DNA of 64,000 nt, taken from positions 24,792-88,791 of the forward strand of contig CAKUMH010000001.1 of NCBI GenBank assembly GCA_934667625.1, read 5' to 3'. The notes beneath the pieces were generated by a model. It was not told the DNA's origin. It saw nothing but the letters and a program-made list of their open reading frames with translations, and searched no databases. Shown in pieces: positions 44,267 through 55,376 of the stretch (its first letter is position 1; every line of letters starts with the position of its first letter). The DNA comes from an uncultured Elusimicrobiales bacterium. GTDB taxonomy: Bacteria > Elusimicrobiota > Elusimicrobia > Elusimicrobiales > Elusimicrobiaceae. The position numbers and the translations under genes are program-made.

Positions 44267-46072
44267 TTGGGCTATTGCCTTCTTTGCCTTACTCTATACC
44301 CAGGCGGTTCCGGCGTGAATACTAGCGTTACCGAACAAATTAAGGACAAGTTGGACATTGTAGAATTTATCCGGCAGTATGTACCGAATTTAAAGCGCGC
44401 GGGTAAAACTTACAAGGCCTGTTGTCCTTTTCATAAAGAGAAAACCCCTTCCTTCACTTGCAGCAGCGAAAAGGGGTTGTTCTATTGTTTCGGCTGCCAG
44501 GCAGGCGGAGATATTTTTGATTTTCTGATGCGGATAGAAAATCTCTCCTTCAACGAAGCATTGGCCAAGTTGGCCGATCTCGCAGGAGTGCCCTACCGAC
44601 CAACACGCCAGCTGACCGGGGAAGAAATCCGGCGCGCCAATGTGCGGCGTCTGCTAGAGTTTGCAAAAAGTTTTTACCATAAAAATTTAATGGCGGCCGG
44701 GGGCGAATTCGCGCGCGCGTACGTGAAAAAGCGCAATTTGACCAAAGAAACCTGCCAGCACTTTGAGCTGGGCTTTGCCAAAGCAGAACCCACCGCTCTG
44801 GCACAGGCGGCCTTGGCCGCTGGATACAGCGAACAGGATTTGAAGGACGCCGGGTTGTGCATCATCACCGGGTTTGGCCCGCGCGATTACTACCGCAACC
44901 GCCTGATGTTCCCCATTATCAACCACCGCGGGGACACCATTGGCTTCGGCGGACGTATTTTGGGCGAAGGTGAACCCAAGTATTTAAATTCGCCGGAGAC
45001 GATTGTTTTTACCAAAAGCCATGTGCTTTACGGCTTAAATTTTGCCGGGCCGGAAATCCGCAAGACGGGCCGGGCCGTGCTGCTGGAAGGGTACATGGAC
45101 GTCATCGCCTGCCACCAAGCAGGGGCCGCCTATACCGTGGCGCCGCTGGGCACCAGTTTGACCGACGAACACGCGCGCCTGCTCAAGCGTTATACGCAAA
45201 ATGTCGTGGTGCTGTTTGACCCCGATGAAGCCGGTATTAAGGCCGCGCTGCGCGGCGGGCTGATTTTGATTGAGCGGGGGCTCTTTGTGAAGGTGGCCGC
45301 GCTGCCGGACGGGTTAGACCCCGACGAATATATTGCCAAGTACGGCAAGGACAAATTTGAAGAGATTTTGGACCACGCGCAGGATTTGATTGCCTTCCAC
45401 ACGAAACGGCTTTTGAGTGAGGCGCCGCAGCCGCTCTGCGCGCAGGACAAGACGAATATCGTCACGGAGCTGGCAGAGACAATTGCCCAACAGCCCGACG
45501 AAATCGTCCGCGGGGAATGGGCCAAGTACGTGGCGGAGCACTTGGGCGTGGGAGAAGGCGTCGTGCGCGAGCGTGTGTGGGAACAGCTAACCCCGCAGGG
45601 GCCCTTCAAAAAACGCACGCAGCCCGGAGAAACGGTGGAAATGGATGAATCCGTGAACCCAGCGGAAGAGGATTTGCTGTCTTGGATGTTAAAGAGCCCG
45701 CAGCATGTGGTGTTGTGCTCGGAGCTGGTGCGGGAGGATTTTTCCACCCCCGCTGCTTGGAACCTGTTTGAGGCAATTGTAAAGGCGCATGCGGAAAATC
45801 CCCAGGCAACCGACCTGGCCGAAGCCGCGGCGGCCCTGGCCCCCGAACAGAAGAACACCCTGGTTCGGCTTGCAATGCTGCAAGCCCCAGCCGATTTTGA
45901 CCCGGCACGCGACATTGCCGCCTGCGCCGCACGGCTGGAACAAGCCGGCGTGCAAAAGCGGCTGGAGGCCGTCAAGCGCCAAATGAAACAATTGGGCGCG
46001 GGTAACGTGCCGCCGGAAGTAATTCAAAATTATATGCAGTTGCAGAACAAATTAAAAAAATATCGCAGTTGA
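44267..46072 (+). CDS. dnaG: DNA primase
   Basis: Zinc-ribbon [12 protein letters not shown]...CFGCQAGGD; TOPRIM (EGYMDV); the true start may be the in-frame GTG at 44315. Confidence 0.85.
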   Translation: MGYCLLCLTLYPGGSGVNTSVTEQIKDKLDIVEFIRQYVPNLKRAGKTYKACCPFHKEKTPSFTCSSEKGLFYCFGCQAGGDIFDFLMRIENLSFNEALAKLADLAGVPYRPTRQLTGEEIRRANVRRLLEFAKSFYHKNLMAAGGEFARAYVKKRNLTKETCQHFELGFAKAEPTALAQAALAAGYSEQDLKDAGLCIITGFGPRDYYRNRLMFPIINHRGDTIGFGGRILGEGEPKYLNSPETIVFTKSHVLYGLNFAGPEIRKTGRAVLLEGYMDVIACHQAGAAYTVAPLGTSLTDEHARLLKRYTQNVVVLFDPDEAGIKAALRGGLILIERGLFVKVAALPDGLDPDEYIAKYGKDKFEEILDHAQDLIAFHTKRLLSEAPQPLCAQDKTNIVTELAETIAQQPDEIVRGEWAKYVAEHLGVGEGVVRERVWEQLTPQGPFKKRTQPGETVEMDESVNPAEEDLLSWMLKSPQHVVLCSELVREDFSTPAAWNLFEAIVKAHAENPQATDLAEAAAALAPEQKNTLVRLAMLQAPADFDPARDIAACAARLEQAGVQKRLEAVKRQMKQLGAGNVPPEVIQNYMQLQNKLKKYRS

Positions 46073-46079
46073 GGAACAT

Positions 46080-47789
46080 ATGGCATCTGGAAACAAAGCG
46101 CTGAAGGATTTAGTAGAAGAAGGAAAAGAGAGCGGTTTTTTGTCGCTGGAGGAATTGAACCGTTCTATTGCCGCGTCGGACATGAGCGCGGAGGATATTG
46201 ACGGCGTCATGGGGACCTTAGACGACCTGGGCATCCAAGTGGTGGACCAAAAGAAATACAAAGCCGCCGCTGCCGAAAACAAGGAAGCCCTGAGCGAGGA
46301 TTGGTCCGCCAGCCCGGATGTGTCCAACTCCATTCGGATGTATTTGTCCGAAATGGGCAAGGTGCCGCTTTTGTCCCGCGATGAAGAAATCACCCTGGCG
46401 CGCAACATCCGCGAACGTGAAAAAGAACTGCGCAAACTGGTGCTGGAATCGCCCATCACCATGCGCGAAATCTGCAACTGGGAAGAACTGGTGGACCAAG
46501 AGGAAATGACCACCAAGGAACTGATGCCACGCGGCAAACGCACAACGCGCGAGCTAAACAACATGCGCAAAAAACTCAAGGATGCGGCGCAGTTTATCGG
46601 TAAACGGGAGCAGGAAATCACGAAGCTGATGAAGGAACTGCGCGAAGGCAATTTGACCGATAAAAAGCGCAACAACGCCATTGAAAAACTGGAAGCCAAA
46701 CAAAAGGAAGTGGTGGCCAGCATTACCAAATTGAATTTGAACCAAAACAAAATTAAACGTTTGACCAACAAAATCAAAAACTTGGCAGACCGCCTGACCG
46801 AAGCCCGCAACGACATACAGCGCTTTGACGATTACTTCGGCCCTTATGCCACGGTCAAAAAGTTGGTGACCAAATTTAAAGCGGGCAAGATGACCGAGAA
46901 GGAATTTAAAAAGGCGACCAAGTTCACGCTGCCCGAATTGGAACGCGCTTTAGCCAACATTGAGGATGTGCAGCGCCGCCACGCACAAATGGTGGACATG
47001 CTGCCCATGACCGAAAAAGAATTTATTTCGTTCAACGACCGCATTGTGTTTTTTGAAAACATGATTTTGCAGGACAAGCTGAAGCTCATCAAGGCCAACT
47101 TGCGCTTAGTGGTGTCTATTGCCAAGAAACACGTCAATTCCAATTTGGAGCTTTCCGACCTGATTCAGGAAGGCGGCTTGGGGCTGATGAAAGCGGTGGA
47201 AAAATTTGAATACAAACGCGGGTTTAAATTCTCTACCTATGCCACGTGGTGGATCCGCCAGAGCATTAACCGCGCCATTGCCGACCAGGCCAACACGATC
47301 CGCATCCCCGTGCATATGAAGGAATTGGTTTCCAAGCTGACCAAGGTGACCAATAAATTCCGCCAAGAGCACGGCCGCGAACCCACCTTGGAAGATTATT
47401 CCAAGACGCTGCGCCTGTCCGTGGAGAAGGTGAAGAGCGTGCTGAAGATTATGCAGGACCCGATTTCCCTTTCCACGCCGATTGGCGAAGATGAGGATTC
47501 CAACCTGGAAGATTTTATTGAAGATAAGAACGGGCCAAACCCCACCACGGCCGCCGTGGACTTTTTGCGCAAGCAGGAAGTGGCGGACGTGCTGGCAACG
47601 CTTTCGGAGCGGGAGGCCAAAATTATCAGTTTGCGCTTTGGGATTGATTCCGGCTACCCCCGCACCTTGGAAGAGGTGGGCAAAATGTTTAACGTAACGC
47701 GCGAGCGCGTGCGTCAAATTGAGGCCAAGGCTATCCGCAAATTGCGCCACCCCAGCCGCACCAAAATGTTAAAAGATTACCAGGAATAA
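46080..47789 (+). CDS. rpoD: RNA polymerase sigma factor RpoD (sigma-70)
   Basis: Region 2 [35 protein letters not shown], and regions 3 and 4.2; classic rpsU-dnaG-rpoD order. Confidence 0.9.
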   Translation: MASGNKALKDLVEEGKESGFLSLEELNRSIAASDMSAEDIDGVMGTLDDLGIQVVDQKKYKAAAAENKEALSEDWSASPDVSNSIRMYLSEMGKVPLLSRDEEITLARNIREREKELRKLVLESPITMREICNWEELVDQEEMTTKELMPRGKRTTRELNNMRKKLKDAAQFIGKREQEITKLMKELREGNLTDKKRNNAIEKLEAKQKEVVASITKLNLNQNKIKRLTNKIKNLADRLTEARNDIQRFDDYFGPYATVKKLVTKFKAGKMTEKEFKKATKFTLPELERALANIEDVQRRHAQMVDMLPMTEKEFISFNDRIVFFENMILQDKLKLIKANLRLVVSIAKKHVNSNLELSDLIQEGGLGLMKAVEKFEYKRGFKFSTYATWWIRQSINRAIADQANTIRIPVHMKELVSKLTKVTNKFRQEHGREPTLEDYSKTLRLSVEKVKSVLKIMQDPISLSTPIGEDEDSNLEDFIEDKNGPNPTTAAVDFLRKQEVADVLATLSEREAKIISLRFGIDSGYPRTLEEVGKMFNVTRERVRQIEAKAIRKLRHPSRTKMLKDYQE

Positions 47790-47805
47790 TCTGCCGCACA
47801 AAAGC

Positions 47806-47842
47806 AAAGCCCCGCGTCAATCCAAACGCGGGGCTTTTTTGT
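47806..47842 (+). terminator. Rho-independent terminator after rpoD
   Basis: aagccccgcgtcaatccaaacgcggggcttttttg. Confidence 0.6.
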
Positions 47843-47862
47843 ACCATACGGTATCTGCGAAA

Positions 47863-49263
47863 TCAGTTCTCTTGTACAAAACGTTTAAAAAACCGCTCCG
47901 CCTGGCGAAATTCTCTGCTTTGTTTAGCGGCCTCTATCGCCCGCGCGCTGATCTTGTTGGAAAACGAATCCGTCATCGCGCCTTCCAGCGATACGGCTCC
48001 GGCAACGCCAAACGGTCTCCCCATATCGGACGGCTCTTCCGGCCGGAGTTTCTCCTTGTCCACCACAAAGCGCACGTCCGTGGAACCCTGTTGGTTACGC
48101 AGCGTAGTTTCCTTTCCATATTGCTGGTACACCAAAAGACGAATTTTCCCGTCAGGTTCCTGCATCCCCAGGACGATTCGTTCCTTTTTACGGCCTTGCC
48201 GCAAGGCGGTCAAATCGGCCACCAGCTCCCCGTTTTGCAAAAAGATACACTGCTTTTTTTCGTACGTATACGAACAGAACATTTCTTCTCCGTTGGCTCT
48301 TTTTTCGTAAATCACCCGGCCGTCCGGATTTTTTTCTTGGACGGTAACGGGCGCATCTTCCAAGATATCCATGGAATACTTGTCACTCCTTTCGGGGAAA
48401 AAACGCTCTTGCACCAAGTCGCCCCGGGCATCAAATTCCAACAGGACAACGCCTTCTTCTCCCTGTTCTTCCACCACATATTTATCATTGGAGGAAGGGC
48501 GGCCATTTACATATTTGTAGGCGCGTTTTTTGCATAAACTGCGCCAGCCGTCTGCTCCGCCGCGGGTGTGTTTAAATACAGCAACATCCAATAAATTAAT
48601 CATGCCGTCCGCATCATCGCAAGAAAAGCGCATCCCCGGCCGGCCTTTGTACATAAGTCCCGTTCCGCTGTCCGGCGTGTGGTACCGCGCGGAGGCATTA
48701 TTGCGCCCATACTTGTACTGGTCGGCAAGGCCCAATGTATGCCCCAACTCATGCATTAAAACATTCCAGTTCCCGCCGGTGAGCAGATTGCCCAACCCGC
48801 CGCGGTGCATAAAAAATAACCGCATGGGTTTTGCGTCCATTCGCACACATGCCAGCGCGCGGAGACAGTTTTCCCACATGGTTTGCTTAGACACCACATA
48901 CAGCTCCAAATCGGGCGTTGAGCACCTTTCCCCCTCCACCGCTACGGACACGGGGGCGTTTAAGACCTCGCGCAAATCTTCAAATTCCTCCGTGCGCTTG
49001 GCGGAAACAATCTGCTTCCACGTTTCACTAAACCAACGCTGATACCCCTGTTGCACTTTTTCCAAATAAAACGCATTGTCCTTTTTGTCTGTTTGGTTCT
49101 CCAGCCGGATGCAAACCGGTTCCCCACGGGAAATCTTTCGCATTAAAGCAAAGGGAGAGCCCTCCCCCGAGCGGGGAACGACTCCGTCCAACAGGGCAAA
49201 AGGCGCCGCCAGCAACGCCGGGGCGCACGCAAACATGCTTACCAGTATAAAAATGTTCCTCAT
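47863..49263 (-). CDS. Secreted zinc metalloprotease-like protein with a snapalysin-type (M7-like) HExxHxLGLxDxY site
   Basis: Signal peptide MRNIFILVSMFACAPALLAAP; the motif NVLMHELGHTLGLADQY has Asp as the third ligand; 466 aa. Confidence 0.6.
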   Translation of the reverse strand: MRNIFILVSMFACAPALLAAPFALLDGVVPRSGEGSPFALMRKISRGEPVCIRLENQTDKKDNAFYLEKVQQGYQRWFSETWKQIVSAKRTEEFEDLREVLNAPVSVAVEGERCSTPDLELYVVSKQTMWENCLRALACVRMDAKPMRLFFMHRGGLGNLLTGGNWNVLMHELGHTLGLADQYKYGRNNASARYHTPDSGTGLMYKGRPGMRFSCDDADGMINLLDVAVFKHTRGGADGWRSLCKKRAYKYVNGRPSSNDKYVVEEQGEEGVVLLEFDARGDLVQERFFPERSDKYSMDILEDAPVTVQEKNPDGRVIYEKRANGEEMFCSYTYEKKQCIFLQNGELVADLTALRQGRKKERIVLGMQEPDGKIRLLVYQQYGKETTLRNQQGSTDVRFVVDKEKLRPEEPSDMGRPFGVAGAVSLEGAMTDSFSNKISARAIEAAKQSREFRQAERFFKRFVQEN

Positions 49264-49320
49264 GCGGATATTTTAGAGGTTTTTACCTAAAAGTCAAGAC
49301 GGGCGCGGCAAAAAAGAATT

Positions 49321-50004
49321 TTATTTCTTTTCTTTTTTAAATAAATCGCGCAGGAATTCGGCCACGAGCTCTTTAGAGCCAAGGCCGACGCCAATCCCAA
49401 ATGCGAGGCCCAAGGACGCCAACACGATGGTGACCACATTGTTCACCAGTTGGTTGACAAAACCCAGGTTTTCCACCGCCAGCATGGCACAAAAGAACAC
49501 GATAAAAATATCCACCGCTTTAGCAATAAAGAAACCGCCCTTTAGGTTGTTGGCTTTGGCGGAGTTTTCAATAATGTTGCCCATCAGCTTGCCAAAGAGA
49601 AGGCCCGCAAACAAAATAAGCACGGACACAAAGAGCGTGGGGATAAATGCCAAAAAGCGCGTGAAGAGGTCGCGGATGATTTCCAGGTGCAGAACGTCGG
49701 CCGCTAGCACAATGGCGTAAAAAATAACGGCCCAAGCCAACACAAACGCGATGATGTACGTCGGCGATTTGCCCAGCCCAAAACGGACGCACAACTCGTT
49801 GATGCCCAGTTTGGATGTTTTTTCGTCAAACGAAATTTTATTTAAAATCTTTTTGGCGTAAGAACCCACCAGGCGCGAAATATAAAGCCCCAGCACCAAA
49901 ATGAGCACAGCCGCAAAAAGCAGCACAAGCACGCGCAAACTGCTTTGACCCACCGTCAAAAGATGAGTGCTTACCTGCGAAGAAATCGTTTCCAAATCCA
50001 TCAT
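49321..50004 (-). CDS. Polytopic membrane protein (MscS-related / conserved-TM-helix repeat type), function unknown
   Basis: ATGATG start with an AAGGAGG RBS; 5-6 TM helices; lysine-rich C-terminus. Confidence 0.5.
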   Translation of the reverse strand: MMDLETISSQVSTHLLTVGQSSLRVLVLLFAAVLILVLGLYISRLVGSYAKKILNKISFDEKTSKLGINELCVRFGLGKSPTYIIAFVLAWAVIFYAIVLAADVLHLEIIRDLFTRFLAFIPTLFVSVLILFAGLLFGKLMGNIIENSAKANNLKGGFFIAKAVDIFIVFFCAMLAVENLGFVNQLVNNVVTIVLASLGLAFGIGVGLGSKELVAEFLRDLFKKEKK

Positions 50005-50062
50005 AATATGCCTCCTTTTTTTTAATTGTAGCAAATATTATTTGTAAAATAAGTATATAGCT

Positions 50063-52159
50063 ATGCCGGATACTACACAAATCCAATACCTAAAGGGCAT
50101 CGGCCCCGCCAAAGCCAAACTGTTTGAAAAGCTGGAAATTCAAACGGTGGAGGACCTGCTACATTATTATCCCCGCACTTACCAGGACCGCCGGCTGGGC
50201 GTACCGCCCAATGAGTACAATTCCGAGGCTCTTGTGGTATTTAAAGGCCGGGTGCTGCGCACGCAGGAAATACCGGCCCGCAGTGTACTGATTTTTAAAG
50301 CGTTTTTAGAGGATGAAAAAGGGAACCAGGTGGAATGTACGTGGTTTAAAAAACGCATGTACCGCGGGTTCCGGTTTGACCCGTTCGGCGCGCTTAAAAA
50401 AGATTTTAAAATAAACCACGAAGTGTGGGTGATTGGCAAGCGGGAAAATAAAAATAATTTTTTTGGCAATAAAATTACCGTGGACGAACAATACCCCGAA
50501 GAGGACGCGCTTTGCAAACTGCACGCCGGACGGCTCACCCCCATTTACGCCCTGACGGAAGGACTGACCAATAAGCAGTTTAGGCAATTTGTCTACGAGG
50601 CATTGCAAACACCTTCTTTGGCGCGGGAACCGGAAATTTTGCCACCGGCACTGCTTTGCAAACGCAAACTTTTAAGCGCCCCGCAGGCGCTGAAGGCCAT
50701 TCATTTCCCCAATTCGCTGGCCGAATTGGAGAGCGCTCGCACCCGCCTGGCATACGAGGAATTTTTGCTCCTGGCCACGGCCTGGGGCATTAAACGCACG
50801 CAAACTAAAATTTTATCTAAAGATTATTCCTACGAAATCAAAAAAACGCTTTTAACGCCCTTCCGCGAGCAGCTCGGTTTTGCCTTTACCAACAGCCAAA
50901 AAAAAGTGATTAACGAAATCTTCCGCGATTTGTGCTCGCCACGCCCGATGAACCGCCTGCTGCAGGGGGATGTGGGTTCCGGCAAGACGGTGGTGGCGCT
51001 GTGCGCCATGCTGCTGGCGGTGGAAAACGGCTATCAGGCGGCCCTGATGGCTCCGACCGAAATTTTGGCAGAACAGCACTTTTTGACGTTTAAACGCATT
51101 TTGCAAGGGCTAAAGGTAAACTTGGCGGTGCTGACCTCCAGCACCAAGTCGGCCGCCAAAAAGAGGATTTTAAAGGAACTGGCTGAGGGGAAAATTGATA
51201 TTTTGGTCGGCACGCATTCCGTGATTCAGGATGACGTAAAATTTCACAATTTGCGTCTAGCAGTGATTGACGAACAGCACCGCTTTGGCGTGAAACAACG
51301 CAGCAAACTCAAGGAAAAAACCGCTAAGCTGGACTTGCTGACCATGACGGCCACCCCCATTCCGCGGACGCTCGCGCTGGCGTTTTACGGCGATTTGGAA
51401 GTGTCCACCTTAAGTGAACTTCCGCCCGGCAGGCAGCCGATACAGACGGAGAGCGCCACCTCCAAACTGGCTTACGACCGCGTGCGGGAAGAAGTGCAAA
51501 AAGGACGGCAGGCGTACATTGTTTTCCCGCTCATTGAAGAGAGCGAAAAGGTGTCTGCCAAGGCGGTTACGGCAGAATTTGAAAAACTGCAAAAAGTGTT
51601 TCCGCAGTTTCGGCTGGCGGTACTGCACGGGCAAATGACGCAGACGGAAAAAGAAAATGTGATGGCGGATTTTGCCGCGCATAAAACCGATATTTTGGTG
51701 GCTACCCCTGTAATTGAAGTGGGCATTGACGTCAAAAACGCAACGGTTATGGTCATTGAAAACGCCGAACGGTTCGGGCTGGCCAGTTTGCACCAGTTGC
51801 GCGGACGCGTGGGCCGCGGTGAACACGAAAGTTACTGTATTTTGGTGCCCCAGCACGCGGGTAGCGTGGCCAAGGAACGGGTGGATATTATTTGCGCCAC
51901 GCGCGACGGGTTTAAAATCGGCGAGCGGGATATGCAGCTGCGCGGCCCCGGTGAAATTTTGGGCACGCGCCAAAGCGGGGAACTGGAATTTAAGGCCGGG
52001 GATATTTTTCAGGACCGAGACATTTTATATCAGGCCATTGAGGACCGGAACGAACTTTTAACGCAGGACCCCGCACTGACCAAGCCGGAACATTTGCTCT
52101 TCCGCCAAAAGTTGGCACAGCTGTACCAAAAGAATTGGCACCTGATTGATTTGAGCTGA
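50063..52159 (+). CDS. recG: ATP-dependent DNA helicase RecG
   Basis: Wedge/OB domain, helicase motif I GDVGSGKT and motif II DEQHRFG; 698 aa. Confidence 0.9.
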   Translation: MPDTTQIQYLKGIGPAKAKLFEKLEIQTVEDLLHYYPRTYQDRRLGVPPNEYNSEALVVFKGRVLRTQEIPARSVLIFKAFLEDEKGNQVECTWFKKRMYRGFRFDPFGALKKDFKINHEVWVIGKRENKNNFFGNKITVDEQYPEEDALCKLHAGRLTPIYALTEGLTNKQFRQFVYEALQTPSLAREPEILPPALLCKRKLLSAPQALKAIHFPNSLAELESARTRLAYEEFLLLATAWGIKRTQTKILSKDYSYEIKKTLLTPFREQLGFAFTNSQKKVINEIFRDLCSPRPMNRLLQGDVGSGKTVVALCAMLLAVENGYQAALMAPTEILAEQHFLTFKRILQGLKVNLAVLTSSTKSAAKKRILKELAEGKIDILVGTHSVIQDDVKFHNLRLAVIDEQHRFGVKQRSKLKEKTAKLDLLTMTATPIPRTLALAFYGDLEVSTLSELPPGRQPIQTESATSKLAYDRVREEVQKGRQAYIVFPLIEESEKVSAKAVTAEFEKLQKVFPQFRLAVLHGQMTQTEKENVMADFAAHKTDILVATPVIEVGIDVKNATVMVIENAERFGLASLHQLRGRVGRGEHESYCILVPQHAGSVAKERVDIICATRDGFKIGERDMQLRGPGEILGTRQSGELEFKAGDIFQDRDILYQAIEDRNELLTQDPALTKPEHLLFRQKLAQLYQKNWHLIDLS

Positions 52160-52233
52160 CAGCACCTTTACACAAGCAAGGGGAACAAAGAAATTCTTTG
52201 TCCCCCGATGCGTTTTACAAGAGCGGCTGCGTG

Positions 52234-53736
52234 CTATTTATCCAAACGCGGAAAAAGCGGCGCGTACTTTTCAATCTTGCCGGGCAGCAGGCGTTTTTGC
52301 ATTTCCTTGGCAACCGTCGGCATAAAAGGCTCCAGCCACACAGCTACCTTGCGCAGGCAGGCCACCAGCTCCAAAAGCACCGCTTGGGCGGCGGGCACAT
52401 CGTGCTTGGCGAGCTCCCACGGTTTCTTTTCGTCCACCAGCTTGTTTAGCTCGCTGGCAAAGCCGTAAATGTGCTCCAGCACTTTATCAAAGGCTAGGTC
52501 GTTATAGGCTTTATCAATAGCGGCGTCCACTTCGGCAGATTTGGCCAGGAGCGGATAGTTGCCTTCAATGGTTTGGGGCAATTCGCCGATATTTTTGGCG
52601 GCCATATTGAGCGTGCGGGAAAGCAGGTTGCCAATGTTGTTGGCCAGGTCGGAATTGTAGCGGTTTTTAAAGCTCGTCATGGAGAAGTCGCCGTCCTGCC
52701 CGAAGGGAACCTCGCGGAATAAAAACGCGCGCAGCGGGTCCACCCCATATTGGGCGGCTACTGCGGCAGGGTCTACAATGTTGCCCATGGATTTGGACAT
52801 TTTTTCCCCCTCCACCGTCCACCACCCGTGGGCAAACACCTTTTTGGGCAGCGGCAGGCCCAGCGCCATTAACACCGCCGGCCAAATAACCGTGTGAAAG
52901 CGGAAGATTTCCTTGCCTACCATATGCAGATCGGCCGGCCATAAATCTTCAAACTTTTCCGCCTTGATTTGCTTGAGCTGGGCCTCGTGTTCGGCTTTAT
53001 CATCGCAGATCAGCGTGCCATATCCGGCGGCGGAAATATAGTTAATCAGTGCGTCAAACCACACGTAAATGGTGTGTTTGGGGTTGCTCGGCACCGGAAT
53101 GCCCCACGCCACTTTGGTACGCGTGACGGACAAATCCTGCAAGCCGCCTTTGACAAAATTGATGATTTCGTTGGCGCGCGTTTTGGGGCTTAAAAATTCC
53201 GGGTGCTCCTCGTAATACTTGAGGAGCGGTTTTTCGTAACGGGAGAGTTTAAAGAAGTAGGTTTCCTCGTGCACCTCGGTCAGCGGTTTTTTGTGCACGG
53301 GGCAGAGGTTGCCTTCCAAAATTTCGCTCTCGTTATAGTACTGCTCGCAGGATAGGCAGTATTTGCCGGAGTAGGAACCCAGGTAAATATCGCCACTTTT
53401 GAGGAGCTTTTCAAAAATAGCCTGCACGACATGCTCGTGTTTAGCATCGGTGGTGCGGATAAAATCGTCGTAAGAAATGTTAAGCAGTTTCCACAGTTCT
53501 TTGTATTTGGCGGAAACTTGGTCCGTCCATTCTTTGGGCGTAACACCTGCCGCGACGGCGGATTTTTCAATGTTGGCGCCGTGTTCGTCCGTGCCTGTTA
53601 AAAAGCGGACGTCAAAGCCCTTTTGGCGTTTGTAGCGGGCCAGCACGTCGTCGGCAATCGTTGTATACGCATGGCCGATATGCGGCACCGAGTTCACATA
53701 ATAAATAGGGGTGGTAATATAGAATTTCTTGGTCAT
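52234..53736 (-). CDS. metG: Methionine--tRNA ligase (short form lacking the C-terminal tRNA-binding domain)
   Basis: HIGHAYT, KMSKS, and CPVH...C zinc knuckle. Confidence 0.9.
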   Translation of the reverse strand: MTKKFYITTPIYYVNSVPHIGHAYTTIADDVLARYKRQKGFDVRFLTGTDEHGANIEKSAVAAGVTPKEWTDQVSAKYKELWKLLNISYDDFIRTTDAKHEHVVQAIFEKLLKSGDIYLGSYSGKYCLSCEQYYNESEILEGNLCPVHKKPLTEVHEETYFFKLSRYEKPLLKYYEEHPEFLSPKTRANEIINFVKGGLQDLSVTRTKVAWGIPVPSNPKHTIYVWFDALINYISAAGYGTLICDDKAEHEAQLKQIKAEKFEDLWPADLHMVGKEIFRFHTVIWPAVLMALGLPLPKKVFAHGWWTVEGEKMSKSMGNIVDPAAVAAQYGVDPLRAFLFREVPFGQDGDFSMTSFKNRYNSDLANNIGNLLSRTLNMAAKNIGELPQTIEGNYPLLAKSAEVDAAIDKAYNDLAFDKVLEHIYGFASELNKLVDEKKPWELAKHDVPAAQAVLLELVACLRKVAVWLEPFMPTVAKEMQKRLLPGKIEKYAPLFPRLDK

Positions 53737-53748
53737 AAGTTCTCCGTA

Positions 53749-54753
53749 TTAAAAAAGCTGCAAATTGAGTCCGTCCAGGCTCATGAGTGCCGTCTCCACC
53801 ACCAGCGCCGGGGAAACGTTGCGGCTGATACTGCGTTTGTAATTTTCAAAACGTGTAAGTGCCTGCTGATAGGCACGCTGTTTGGCTTCGTCCGGCTCGT
53901 GCGTCCACGCACGGTGCAGGGCCATAATGAGTACGTCCAGCACGGCTTGCGCCTCTTGCCGGGCTGCCACTAACGTGCGGGAAAGGCCCATGGCCACACC
54001 GCACGGCCCCTGTGGCTTGCCAAATCCGCCGCTTTGCAAGAGTTCCAACGCTTCGGAGGCCTTTAATGCCCCGGAAACAGAGCCGGCGGCGTAGCGGGCG
54101 CACAAATCCACATCTGACACGTTGGCTCCGGTTTGCGGCAAAATCTGCTTAAGGGTTTCTTCGTCCAGCGGGGCAAAGGCCAAGGGTTGGCAGCGCGACA
54201 AAATGGTGCGCAGCATAGTGGCGCGTTTGTTGGTAATCAAAATCCAAAGGGTCCGTTGGGGCGGTTCTTCAATAAATTTAAGCAGGGCGTTGGCCGCCGC
54301 GCCTTGCATGGTTTGGGCTTGGTCAATCACCAGCACCTTCCACCCGTTTCCCACCCGCTTTTGCTGGGATTTAGCCGTTACCTCGCGAATGGTATCTACG
54401 TTAATATGCTGCTGTTTGGCCAGTTCTTTTTCCAGGTCTTCTTCGTAACCCTTGCTGGAAAAGTCTTTTTTTACTTCCATGCGCGCCTGGTATAAAAAAT
54501 CTACAAAAGTTACATCCGGGTGGGTGCCTTTTTCAATGGCTTGGCAGCTGGCACAAACGCCGCAAGCGCGGCCCGTTTGCAACGCGCTGGGATCCTGGCA
54601 GTTTAAAGCTTGGGCAAATTTACGCGCCGCTAAGGCTTTGCCCACGCCGTCCGGCCCGTAGAACAAGAGCGCGCCCGGCACTTTTTGGCTTTGGACGAGC
54701 TTTTGCAAATACGAGGAGGCTTTTTCCTGCCCCAGGAGTTCGGCTAACGGCAT
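53749..54753 (-). CDS. holB: DNA polymerase III delta-prime subunit
   Basis: AAA+ GPDGVGK; C-x2-C zinc module; tmk-holB arrangement. Confidence 0.8.
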   Translation of the reverse strand: MPLAELLGQEKASSYLQKLVQSQKVPGALLFYGPDGVGKALAARKFAQALNCQDPSALQTGRACGVCASCQAIEKGTHPDVTFVDFLYQARMEVKKDFSSKGYEEDLEKELAKQQHINVDTIREVTAKSQQKRVGNGWKVLVIDQAQTMQGAAANALLKFIEEPPQRTLWILITNKRATMLRTILSRCQPLAFAPLDEETLKQILPQTGANVSDVDLCARYAAGSVSGALKASEALELLQSGGFGKPQGPCGVAMGLSRTLVAARQEAQAVLDVLIMALHRAWTHEPDEAKQRAYQQALTRFENYKRSISRNVSPALVVETALMSLDGLNLQLF

Positions 54754-54755
54754 GG

Positions 54756-55373
54756 TTACGCTGTAATGTGATGTTCCTGTAAAAGTTGTAAAACGCGCGC
54801 CTGGATTTCTTCTATATTTTTATCCGCATCCAGCAAGTAGGCATGCGGCGTGCGCTCAATCATTTCCAAATAGCCCTGGCGCATTTTTTGTCGGAAGAAT
54901 ATATCCTCCTGCTCCAAACGGTCGGAAAACAGGTACTCGCCGCGCTGGGTGAAGTATTTGTCCGACATTAAAAATACGAGCGTTAAATCCGGCACGGTGC
55001 CCAGGGTGGCAATTTTGTTTAAGGTATCAATAATTTTTAAATCTATGCCCCGGCCATAGCCCTGATAGGCACAAGTGGACATGGTGTAGCGCTCGCAGAT
55101 GACAATTTTTCCCGCCTCTAGGGCTGGCAAAATTTTTTCCTGCGTGTGCTGGGCGCGGGAAGCTTCGTACAAAAGTAACTCCGCCATGGGGCGTACGTCC
55201 AGCCCGGGTTCCAATACGATTTGGCGGATTTTTTCCGCGGTCGGCGTGCCCCCCGGTTCGCGCGTTAAAATGACTTCTTTTCCGCGCGCCACCAGCTGGT
55301 TGTAAAGCATTTTGGCCTGGGTGGATTTGCCACAGCGGTCCGGCCCTTCCAGCACGATAAATTTTCCTCTCAT
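54756..55373 (-). CDS. tmk: Thymidylate kinase
   Basis: FIVLEGPDRCGKSTQ P-loop; DRY-like and lid motifs. Confidence 0.9.
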   Translation of the reverse strand: MRGKFIVLEGPDRCGKSTQAKMLYNQLVARGKEVILTREPGGTPTAEKIRQIVLEPGLDVRPMAELLLYEASRAQHTQEKILPALEAGKIVICERYTMSTCAYQGYGRGIDLKIIDTLNKIATLGTVPDLTLVFLMSDKYFTQRGEYLFSDRLEQEDIFFRQKMRQGYLEMIERTPHAYLLDADKNIEEIQARVLQLLQEHHITA

Positions 55374-55376
55374 AGC

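Noticed and set aside
47839-48537. ORF 47839..48537 (plus strand, 232 aa) overlapping the metalloprotease gene
   Set aside because: Antisense frame to the signal-peptide-bearing metalloprotease ORF; no RBS or recognisable motifs.
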